NCBI GenBank assembly: GCA_045837725.1
Contig: JBEWZL010000265.1
Location: 62,001-83,667 of the forward strand
From: Vermamoeba vermiformis
Lineage: Eukaryota
Direction: 5' to 3'
DNA: 21,667 nt
Positions 1-8,775 of the stretch are shown here, in pieces. A program made the translations under genes and the position numbers. The notes under the pieces are model-generated. The model was not told where the DNA came from. It saw only the letters and a list, made by a program, of their open reading frames with translations, and ran no database searches. The first letter of the stretch is position 1. The number at the start of each line of letters is the position of its first letter.

Positions 1-324
1 TACGAGAGGCTTGTTGAGATTTACTATGGTGATCGTGATGAAGACAACTTAAATCAGCTCGTGGCGATCATTAGAGATATCGTGAAAGAGATCGGTGGAG
101 ACGAAGTGATAGACTCAAGGATTTTATTTAATCGAGAAGACGAGGTTGCACAAGAGAGTTTCTTATTCATGAAGGGTGAAAAGTTGGAATCAAAATTGAA
201 AGCGTGTGGATTCGGCATCACTTCAACTTCGAGTAAGGATGTGTTAGAAGGGGCTGATATTTTTGGTCACTCTGCTCTTTATCTTGATAGCGTAGTGTAT
301 GAAAAAACAAAAAAGTACTTTTAA
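1..324 (+). CDS. 3' end of a gene of unknown function (5'-partial)
   Basis: Frame 1 is open from base 1 (YERLVEIYYGDRDEDNLNQLVAIIRDIV...) to TAA at 322-324, with protein-like composition. No family recognised. Confidence 0.7.
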   Translation, partial: YERLVEIYYGDRDEDNLNQLVAIIRDIVKEIGGDEVIDSRILFNREDEVAQESFLFMKGEKLESKLKACGFGITSTSSKDVLEGADIFGHSALYLDSVVYEKTKKYF

Positions 325-633
325 ACCGAAACTTGTTGGATCTTGCTTGACGATCTCAAATGACGAGACTGTTTCGGCAATCAGCTAAATAGATAAACAA
401 TTGTTACACTTTTATAACAGTCTATGTTTCGATACATCTAGATTTCGGTCACCGCATCCAAAATTTAAAATCAATTGGCAGAAGTTGATCGTGCAGTATT
501 TACATTAACATATCGGGCAACGTTTACGAGATCATTTTAGGTATATAAGAAATTTTTAGGAACGAAACGGTGGCGGCGTTTTTGAAACTTGAAATTAATT
601 TTCTTGTCAACCGCTAAAATACCACAGCTCGTA

Positions 634-2048
634 ATGGAGGCAACAAAGCGTATCACTTTATTAATCGTGGATTTCGCTGTTAATTGGTACGGTAGGTAAT
701 AATGACATTTTTTTTCGGCTCATCCAGTCGTTTTTAGAAATATTCAAGGGAGCGACACTATCAGACGGCACGAAAATTGTGGTAGAACAGACTCGATGGA
801 AGAACATGAATTTAGAAAGCTGGTAATAAAATACGATAATTATTCAATTAAATGGTTAATTAAATGAAAATAATTAGTACCGAGGAAGGAGTTTCAGTAT
901 TTTGCAAAGCTGAGTCCGAGCCATTTCCTTTCACCAGTCAAAAGCACGACAGAATCGTCAAGCCCGATTTTATTCTCATTCGCAATTTTCCAACTAACTT
1001 GCACGCTCCTGACTACGGCAAATTAGTAATGGGTAATTTTTGTTTCACGATTGCGCACCGTTGTTACTAAATACTTTGTAGGGTTAATGTTTGCTTCGGT
1101 TCCTAGCATAAACTCATTGCACAGCGTGTTCATGTGTTTGCATCGACCTCTTGTTCACGGTGAAATGGTGCGCGTACGAAACGAACAGATTCGTGACAAG
1201 TTAAAGCAGTGCAATATAACTCACAGTGGTCTCGTCAATGCGAGTACTGTTAATCTCTTGCCCGAACGTAAGCGGTCTATCTGTATTTTAATTAACCCTA
1301 AAACGAGCTAGTAATTAATGGTGTATAGACGAGAGGAAGTTTATTCTGCCACCAATTAAAATGCGCTACCATCCAAACCAAACTGACGAAAAAACCCCTC
1401 CCGGCATGTTCAAGCAGGCGAGTAATCTTCCGAAAAAAAGAAGAAGGGACTAACGAACTTGTCTTCAATCAGGATGTTGAGTATCCTCTGGTTATTAAAG
1501 TTGGCACAGCGCATGTGGGTTACGGGAAAACATTTGTTAAGTCCAAACAAGAGATGGATGATCTCGCCTCAATCCTTGTCATGAATCATGACTTTTATAC
1601 GTACGCAACATTCAATTAAGATTGTAATTAATTATTATGCAGCACCGAGCCAATGATTGAATTTGACTACGAATTCCGAGTTCAAAAGATTGGTCCACAT
1701 TATCGTGCATTCAAACGTGAATCTCACACAAGTTGGAAGCAGAATTGGGGTAATGTGGTGCAGACTGATTATCCCTTGGAGGATCATCATATTGCATGGG
1801 TTGAGGCTTGCTCCAAGGTAACAGTTACATTTGATGTAAACAATTGGTTGTAACTCCATCAACTATAATAGATTTTTGGTGGGCTGGACATGCTAGCAAT
1901 TGATGTTTTGCATACAAAAGATGGTCAGGACTACATCATTGAAATTAATGATACTGCTTTTGGATTAATGTATGAGCATGAGAAAGAAGATGCAAATTAC
2001 ATAAAAGAAGAAGTTCTAAAGCAAATGAACAACTTGTTTGTTGGCTAA
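634..2048 (+). CDS. Synapsin-family protein (pre-ATP-grasp + ATP-grasp C domain only), 8 exons, about 350 aa
   Basis: Exons 634-691, 738-822, 878-1032, 1082-1267, 1329-1417, 1473-1600, 1643-1817 and 1872-2048 join in frame. Motifs KPDFILIRN, GLMFASVPSINSLHSVF, YPLVIKVGTAHVGYGK, EFRVQKIGPHYRAFKR, WKQNWG and IFGGLDMLAIDVLHTKDGQDYIIEIN match the synapsin C domain in order. Confidence 0.95.
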
Positions 2049-2349
2049 AAGCTGAATCTCAGTTTACATGCCAATAAATTGGAAAAATAAACAGTTTGTA
2101 TTTTTTAGAATATTTTGCATTAGTGCCAATGGCACAAATAACCTTTGATTTTTATTTCTGGGTTGAAAACAGATGAATAAATTTGATACAACAGGCATGT
2201 ATTCTAATGTTAGCAAAATATATTAACAATCTTAGTGAGCCAGTTCCAAACAGCTTTGGATGGGATGAAGGAAATGGTGAAAAAGATCAAAGATTGCAGA
2301 AGGAGAGTAAATTCTGCTTTAAAATACAACAAACTCACAAGGGCCCCTA

Positions 2350-2975
2350 TTAGGTATTTATGAAGTAGTCATCACTGGAACTGGAGACTTTATCCACATT
2401 TTCATCAAACTCTAGGTCCAACACTCCAGAAACAAAGTAACTTAGCTCCTTATGCCTTGAGGTAAGCCAACATTGTTCAATGAAGAATTTTCAGTGTGAT
2501 CCAAATAGGATGGAGTGATCAGTTGTGTTTAATGCATTGATTAGATGCACAAAATTATTCTGATTCTCTTAAGAATGTGGCAAAAGTGCATGCAAGTACA
2601 CCAAGTTACTGTGGTCACTTATTACCTTCAAGTTTTTGATGACTGAGTCAGTTGGATGTTTACATGGCACTTCCATAGGATGCTTTAATTTCAAATTTTA
2701 TCCAAATTTGGCAATAAACTGAACTCTGCAACACTGACAGCCAATGTCCTTGTGATTGGTGGGTATTAATTGTATCAGGCCATGTTCCATGAGCCTTCAT
2801 TTGGGCTTTCAATTGATTGCCCAAAGCTGGATGAGCCACCTATAATTTGGATGAGCTGAATGCTCTGCAGGTATTACATGGGTGCTTTGAGTCAGTACGA
2901 GTCCAATAGCCGTGCTAAACAAACTTTCTTCAGTGACAAATACTTGCAGTGCAGCTCATTAACCAAATGTACCAG
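2350..2975 (-). pseudogene. Decayed paralog of the F-box-like gene at 4037-4984
   Basis: The minus strand reads YLSLKKVC...YLQSIQLI, then after a frameshift near 2848 YRWLIQLWAIN*KPK*RLMEHGL...WLTSRHKELSYF. These blocks are collinear with VLNLRLAC...FLVSLMTL, YRGILKAWSVQRYRPNRNLFELAM and WLAASYRRNKELLYI of the neighbour. Five internal stops lie in the main frame. Confidence 0.6.
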
Positions 2976-3007
2976 TTAAGTGTTGTTTAGTTGAGTAATG
3001 ACACCAT

Positions 3008-3090
3008 TATGGTAGCCTTCTGGGTAATAAAAACCCACAGGTTATGGAGTTTATAGAGCCTTTAAACACTGTTTTTGTCAAACTTTTGCC
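3008..3090 (+). repeat. Diverged copy of the terminus-like sequence at 7251-7333
   Basis: Ungapped hand alignment to 7251-7333 gives 62/83 identities (TATGGTAGCCTTCTGGGTAATA... vs TATAGTAGGCTTCTGGGTTATA...). Confidence 0.8.
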
Positions 3091-3361
3091 AAATCTGCAC
3101 ACAAATGTAAGCATTTGTTAGGCTTATATTACATTTTGTTGCCCTTGACATGATTTTACTGCTCTACTGCCTGCCAAGCTCTTCTTTTCTACCTCTTTCT
3201 TACTGCATACCTCCTAAACCCATGTGATATAGATGTCAAGATGTGGTCGCCAAACAACTAAAGAAATTTGTTAGCACTTTAACTGACAGTGGAAGTAGGA
3301 AGTTAGCAGATTAATTGTAAGCCTAGGCTTGAAATATTGAAATATACTCAAATTGATGGTC

Positions 3362-3573
3362 TTACAAGTTGCAGCTCTCTGCTAATGAGTGGTGAGAAGT
3401 TGGTGTGACTGGGACTGGATCTGATCCAACTTTCAAGTGGTTAGTATTGAAGGGTCAATTTTAAATACTCCTACAAGTTATTGCTCTCTGGCAAGCAGTG
3501 AAGAAAAGTTGTTGTGAGTGACACTGGATCTGATCCATTTTCCAAGTGGTCAGTATTGAGGGTGTATTTTCAA
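3362..3573. repeat. Diverged tandem duplication, period about 110 bp
   Basis: The blocks TACAAGTT..GCTCTCTG..AAGTTG.TGTGA.TG..ACTGGATCTGATCCA..TT.CAAGTGGT.AGTATTGA occur twice in the same order. Confidence 0.85.
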
Positions 3574-3641
3574 GCTATAAATATCAAAACTATTCTACTG
3601 AAAAGGCTAGGGCTGGGATGGTAGTACCCTAAAACTTTTGA

Positions 3642-3750
3642 AGAATTCTAGGCCTTTCGTCCGAAGATCGGACGATCCCAGACCAATTTCCGAGAATTCT
3701 TGACCATTCGTCTGAAGATCAGACGATCCCTGACCATTTTCAAGAATTCT
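3642..3750. repeat. 50-51 bp tandem repeat (2 units plus a third palindrome) with perfect 8-bp hairpins
   Basis: The palindrome AGAATTCT lies at 3642, 3693 and 3743. Hairpins are TCGTCCGA-AGA-TCGGACGA (3657-3675) and TCGTCTGA-AGA-TCAGACGA (3708-3726). Confidence 0.9.
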
Positions 3751-3792
3751 CAATCATTGTTTGACAACTCCAATGAAAGTGGCAATACACCT

Positions 3793-5207
3793 CAATTTAT
3801 GTAAAAACAGGTTGAATTTGCAGTGTTCAACGAGTTATTTACTTTGAATTCAATCATGACTGTCTTCCATCTCAATTCATGACAGCTGACATAGCTTATT
3901 GTAAATTTCATGTAAAACAGGTTGAATTCGGTGTATTCAACCAGATTTTCGTATTAACTAGTATGTACTAACAAAATGATAAATTTAAACTTGGTTCGAG
4001 TACGTAGACTAACTTATCTAGTTTATTATAAATTGATCAATCAAAATCAATTGCAGGGTACTTTTCATGGTGTTGATAATCGGTGCCTTCCTCTCCCGTA
4101 AAGAAGGATTCCGCGTCGTGAGGCTCTTCTAGTATTTCCAAGTCGAAATCATCAAAATAACGCTTGAGTACCTTCATTTCCAAGGAATTTCCGAAACTAC
4201 GGGCAATGTAGAGAAGTTCCTTATTGCGTCGATACGAGGCAGCCAACCACAAGTGATCTCCGTCTTCCGCGGTGCTGATGTCAGGGACTTGCCAGTAGAA
4301 GCTCTGGTACACCAAGCATACTCTGTTTATGAACCGGTTGAGAAAGCCAGCAGCAAGACCAAGGCCAAAGCCGTACCTGGGAAGCCCAAGATTGAACGCT
4401 TTGAGTGCAAATTGAATTCCGTTCATACTTCGAGCTACCATCGCAAGTTCGAACAAGTTGCGATTCGGGCGATAACGCTGCACACTCCATGCCTTGAGAA
4501 TTCCTCGGTACGTGCAGCCAAGCGTCATGAGCGACACTAAAAAGTGCCCTGCGAGAATTGGAGACAAGTAAAAGGATTGACAGGCCAATCGTAGATTGAG
4601 AACCGACCTGGCAAACTCTGGGTCGTACTCTACGTAGCCACTATATAGGTCAGATCGTCGACGTCGACGTCGACGAGCTCTAGTTATTGCGACTTGGTAG
4701 GCAGCCCGGATTGCATCGGAGCCAACGTAGCTCCATTCGTCATAATAAATTTGTTCTATTACGAACAAAAGCTGTAAATAATAAATTTGTCAGTAAACTA
4801 ATTAATAAAAATAATTTGTTTGTGAAAAATTTATAGACGAATTATTAATTTTTATTTAGCTTCAAAGTGGTGTAAAAATTAGTTAATAAATATCCTTAAT
4901 TAAAATACTTACGGCATCCTGACTCGGGTATAAATCTGGGTCGTCGCCGTTTAAATCGATGATTATATCTTCGTTGTGCTCCATCCTACGATTAAATATC
5001 TTAATAGAGCTACTATATGTTAAGAAAAGGTACTTACGCTTCAATTGTTGTTATTATTGTTCGTTTTTAAAATGTAATCAACGATTTTTAAAACAATTTT
5101 GTTCGTCAGATTCTCCGCTTTTGATTGATTAAAAAAAAAGCTGGTATAAAGCCCCAATTTATGTAAAAACAGGTTGAATTTGATTCATTCAACAAGATTT
5201 TCGCATT
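3793..5207 (+). repeat. Three direct copies of a 40-50 bp hairpin motif (3793-3831, 3904-3954, 5155-5207) bracketing the minus-strand gene
   Basis: Shared AATTT(C)ATGTAAAA(A)CAGGTTGAATT-N7-TTCAAC, with GTTGAA/TTCAAC forming a stem. Copies 2 and 3 continue with AGATTTTCGYATT. Confidence 0.85.
4037..4984 (-). CDS. Hypothetical protein, about 268 aa, with a possible degenerate or split F-box-like N-terminus
   Basis: Exon 4984-4913 (MEHNEDIIIDLNGDDPDLYPSQDA) joins exon 4771-4037 across a GT-AG intron at 4912-4772 in phase 0. A further 5' UTR intron is likely at 5037-4986. YPSQDALLFVI and VLNLRLACQSFY resemble the two ends of an F-box motif. The gene model is more secure than the domain call. Confidence 0.75.
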
Positions 5208-5267
5208 TATATGAGAAATATCAAAAAACATCGGGGTTAGGGTTGTGAAAGCTGTTTTTGAAAGACG

Positions 5268-6918
5268 ATCCTTCTTTGGCTCAAGAAGGGAATTCAATAA
5301 GAAAGACAGGGAGTGATGAAAATCCCTTCCCCTAGTAGGCAATCCCTCTCTGAGACAGGAAGGGATTTTGAAAGAACAAAGGGAAAAATGAAGGAAATTG
5401 AGGCGAAAATTCCAAAATTGAGGGAAAATCAGGCAAAAACTGGGCAAAATCAGAGATTGCAGGGGTTTCGGCAAGGCAAAAGCAAAGAAAAAATGAGAAA
5501 AAATGTTGCTGGGGGGTGTGGGGGGGTTTCCCCCCCAATGTCTCCAATCATGGAAAATGTTCTGGAGACTTGAACTTGGACAACTTGTATCAGGAAACGA
5601 AGCGCAGATCAAAACATCATGTGCTATCAAAGGAAAAAAATGTTGCTGGGGGGTGTGGGGGGGTTTCCCCCCCAATTCCTCCAAGACAAACTGCTAGGCA
5701 GTAAGGGATTTTAAACTCGAGAAGCAACATTAAAATTTTCGGAAAACTTTCCCTCTCTGAGCCAGGGAGGGAAAAAATATCCTCCCTAAATAAAAAGGGA
5801 GGAAATTCAATAGTAGTGTTTGGAAACAAAAAAATTTCATTTTACTCACCCTCACAAACACAACACCACACTTGACAAACACAAGGCAGCCCACCTGCTA
5901 CTCAAGAAAAGGAAAATCTGCAAAGATGTCGTAAGTACAGTATTTGCAGACAGGGAAGGGAATAGCAAATTTCTAAGTTTTATTCGAAATTAAGAATCCC
6001 TTCCTGAATCAGAGAGGGAAAATCCCTTCCTGAGTCAGAAAGGGAAAAGATTAAAGTTACAGTGAGATAATCCTTTCCTGACCCAAGAAGAGATTCTAAC
6101 TCGAGTTTACAGGCAATCTACCCAAGCTACCCAGATCTTGAACTTGTTAAAGCAAGGAGAGACGAGAAAGGAAGAAGGAAAGCAGCGAAAAGAAGAAAGA
6201 GCGGCCAAGAAGTTACAAAAGGAGTTGGAAAAGCTGATGGGAGAGCCCAAGCCCAATGCCAAGAGCAAGTGGTCCGACAGGTAAGAGAGCAAGGTGAACT
6301 CTAGCGAAAAACTGACAAACGTCCCAGGAGCCACGTGAGCGGGATGCCCTCCGGAAGCTGGTGGATCGAGGCCGACCAAGAGAGAAAGTGCCTTCTGTAC
6401 AAGGGGCCTATCATGGGCAAGAACCAGAAGCTCGTCCAGGAGATTGACCGAGGTGACCACCAATGGGTGGTAGTCCACTTGGTCAAGGGCGGAAGCCAAT
6501 GCTGGCTGGCCCTGGCAAAGGCTCCGGAGCTGGAAGAAAGAGCCTGCCTGGAGATCAAGTCCCACTGGAACCCCGACAAGGTGAACGCCCAGTTGCAGAC
6601 CTGGAACCTGTCTCGCAACAAAAAAGGAGACTTTACCTTCCAGAAAGTCATGGAGGACTGGAAGGTGGAGTACAAGTTGGCGGTGAAGGCAGGAGCAAGG
6701 GAGCCCTCCAACACCAACGAGCTGACCGAAGAGGCTGCCAGGGCCGAGATCGAAGAGAGCCTGGTTCCCAAGGCGATTCGAGTGCGGTCGGAAAAGACCA
6801 AAGAGGAAGAGCCGTTCGGAGATCCCGACGCGTTCCCGGTCGTCGGCAAGACCAAGGTGCTGGAGATGACTCCTCAAAAGGTAAGAGTAAAAATCTATTC
6901 TTGAGCCAAGAAAGGATT
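5268..6918. repeat. Dispersed imperfect palindrome family A (about 27 bp), consensus approximately AATCCCTTCCTGAGNCAGRAAGGGATT
   Basis: Copies at about 5268-5293, 5341-5367, 5748-5774, 5995-6019, 6021-6045, 6069-6095 and 6892-6918. All lie upstream of the 5926-7243 gene or in its introns. Confidence 0.8.
5498..5676. repeat. Two identical 42-bp G/C-rich hairpin elements (5498-5539, 5635-5676)
   Basis: AAAAAATGTTGCTGGGGGGTGTGGGGGGGTTTCCCCCCCAAT occurs twice. TG7-TTT-C7A forms a perfect 8-bp stem. Confidence 0.95.
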
Positions 6919-7243
6919 AACTCTGACCGTCCAACAGGTGGTTGCCACCAAAGAGGTGTCCGAGTCGGCCAGGAAGAGGATCAGGGACGAATTAGCCACC
7001 AGCAAGGCACTGGCCCAGAGCAAGGCAGAAGCGAGCGACAAAAAGAACAGGAGAGCCAGCGTGGTCAGCAAGGCGGTGGAAGAGGCCAGCAAGAGCAAGG
7101 ACATGCCCAAGGACACCAAAAGCTTGTTGGAAGGGATCAAGGAGAACCCATCAATGCTCAAGACCCTCCAACAAGAAGCCTCCAAGATCACCAAGGCCAA
7201 GTGCGTGGGAACTATAGTAGGCTTCTGGGTTATAGAAATTTAA
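5926..7243 (+). CDS. GC-rich, K/E-rich hypothetical protein, 4 exons, about 343 aa as it stands, probably 3'-truncated
   Basis: Exons 5926-5930, 6113-6280, 6328-6880 and 6938-7243 join in frame via GTAAG...CAG introns with CTAAC/CTGAC branch points. Codons strongly favour G/C at third positions, unlike the neighbours. The last residues (IVGFWVIEI*) are read from the 38-bp repeat. Confidence 0.8.
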
Positions 7244-7288
7244 GGGTTATTATAGTAGGCTTCTGGGTTATAGAAATTTAAGGGTTAT
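7213..7288 (+). repeat. Perfect 38-bp tandem duplication, candidate element terminus
   Basis: TATAGTAGGCTTCTGGGTTATAGAAATTTAAGGGTTAT at 7213-7250 and 7251-7288, exactly at an abrupt switch from GC-rich to AT-rich sequence. Confidence 0.95.
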
Positions 7289-7608
7289 AGAGTTTAAAGT
7301 CCAGTTAAACCTCTTTTTTGTTAAACTTTTGACTGTTTTTGCCTTTTTGCTGTCATTTTTTCGTTGAAAAGTGTGCCAAAATAAAAAGACTAAAAGCCAA
7401 GTTCAACTTTAATTTACTTAGAATAAGTGTATGCAAAACAATAAATAAAACAAGAACAGCAAGAGTTTGTTTGAATTTTTTTTTATTTTTACAAAAAACA
7501 GTTACAACTGGTGTTTTTAATTGGCAGGGAAGTGTAAGCAAAGCTCTGCGGACCAAAGATAGGCTGTAGACCTAAGTAAGTTAATTAAGGTTAAGTTTAA
7601 CATTGCCT

Positions 7609-8312
7609 GGTGCAGTGTGGAACTTCCCCTTTGAAAAACTAAAGTTGAACAAGGAGCAGATCCACAAGGAGCCAGGGGTACAGACACATGGAATCCTGCA
7701 AGGAGTGGTTCGTGTGGTGCTGGTCCTAAATACAATCAAAGTCTAAGAGGGGAGGTGCAGCATGGAGCCAACCCTAAAAAAAAATGAAGTTCAAACAAAG
7801 GGCGGTTCCTCAAGGAACCAGGGGGCCAGAAAAACTAAGTCCAGCAACCCCTGGTACCGTAAGGAACCGTCCTTTGGAAAAAATTAAAGTCCAAAGAGGG
7901 GCCGGTGCCAAAAGGAACCGACCCTCGAAAATATCTAAGTCCAAACAAGGGCCGGTACGGCAAGGAACCGACCCTTGAAAAAAATAAAGTCCAAGAGGGG
8001 GCAGTTCCTCAAGGAACCGGGGTCAAAAAAAACTAAGTCCTGCAAACCCCGATTCCATGAGGAACCGACCCCTGAAAAAAACTAAGTCCTACAGGGGTCG
8101 GTTCCTCAAGGAACCGGGGGTGAAAAAAAACTAAGTCCTGCAAACCCCGGTTCCATGAGGAACCGACCCTTGGAAAGAAACAAAGTCCAAACTAGGGTCG
8201 GTTCCACAAGGAACCAGGGGTGAGGAAACAAAGCCCAATTGAGGCTAGTTCCCCGCAGGAACATAGTGCTGGGGCAGGCTAAGTCTTGAAAGGGCTGGTT
8301 CCACTTGGAACA
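7609..8312. repeat. Array of 47-51 bp units, each with a 16-bp GGTTCC-N4-GGAACC palindrome and an A-tract-AAGTCC linker
   Basis: Palindrome starts at 7804, 7853, 7904, 7954, 8003, 8051, 8100, 8149, 8200, 8247 (5-nt core) and 8297. Degenerate units lie at about 7609, 7658, 7707 and 7754. Confidence 0.95.
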
Positions 8313-8775
8313 GCTCATCCAGGATTAGCACATCGAGGTGCCAGTTCAGAAAAAAAGGCTGTATAATGAATTTGGCCCATAAAACAATTAATTGGGCACG
8401 TGCCTAGTGGCACAAGTGAAAAAATCAAGTAAAAGAAATAAATTTGAGCTAATCTGGAATAAAAAATTTTGACATCCAAAAATTAGCCTTGGTGTCGTAA
8501 AAATTTGAAACCAATCATGTAATTAATGAGACAACAGTGGCATACTATTTCAGGTATAGCCACTGCTCAAGAAATTAAAAAGTGACTTACCTGGCAACCG
8601 TGGCTCAGATGGGCAAACAGTCTCACGCAGGAGTGCACAGACACGCAGAGTGTATTACCACACAGGAGTGCACCAAGCACTCGACCATAGGCAACACACT
8701 GTGCTTGTCTGTGCATGAGAGTGGTGGTGTTGTGGCTGCGAGAATAGATAAACAAAAAAAAAATCTTTTGCGAAA

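Noticed and set aside
2590-2640. KVISDHSNLVYL on the minus strand resembles the Ty3/gypsy RNase H TDHxNL motif
   Set aside because: No flanking RT, RNase H or integrase motifs, and the surrounding frame aligns better to the neighbouring F-box-like gene.
5106-5829. Cluster of ORFs over the G/C hairpin region
   Set aside because: Low-complexity translations of purine-skewed repeat DNA, with no consistent splice or codon signal.
6107-7281. Long overlapping ORFs 6107-6877 (-), 6301-6855 (-), 6463-7281 (+) and 6895-7200 (-)
   Set aside because: Shadow frames of a GC3-rich gene. They run across clear introns and have no recognisable protein features.
7213-7288. Telomeric repeat or assignable TIR superfamily (CACTA, Tc1/mariner, Academ)
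   Set aside because: GGGTTA occurs but not as a tandem telomere tract. Without the other end or a target-site duplication, no superfamily can be supported.
7609-8312. CRISPR array
   Set aside because: Inter-palindrome segments are related to each other and self-complementary rather than unique spacers. No cas genes are present and the context is intron-rich eukaryotic DNA.
7784-8318. Short ORFs 7784-7978 and 8106-8318 in the palindrome array
   Set aside because: Unit lengths of 47-51 bp do not preserve frame, and the conservation pattern follows base pairing rather than codons.
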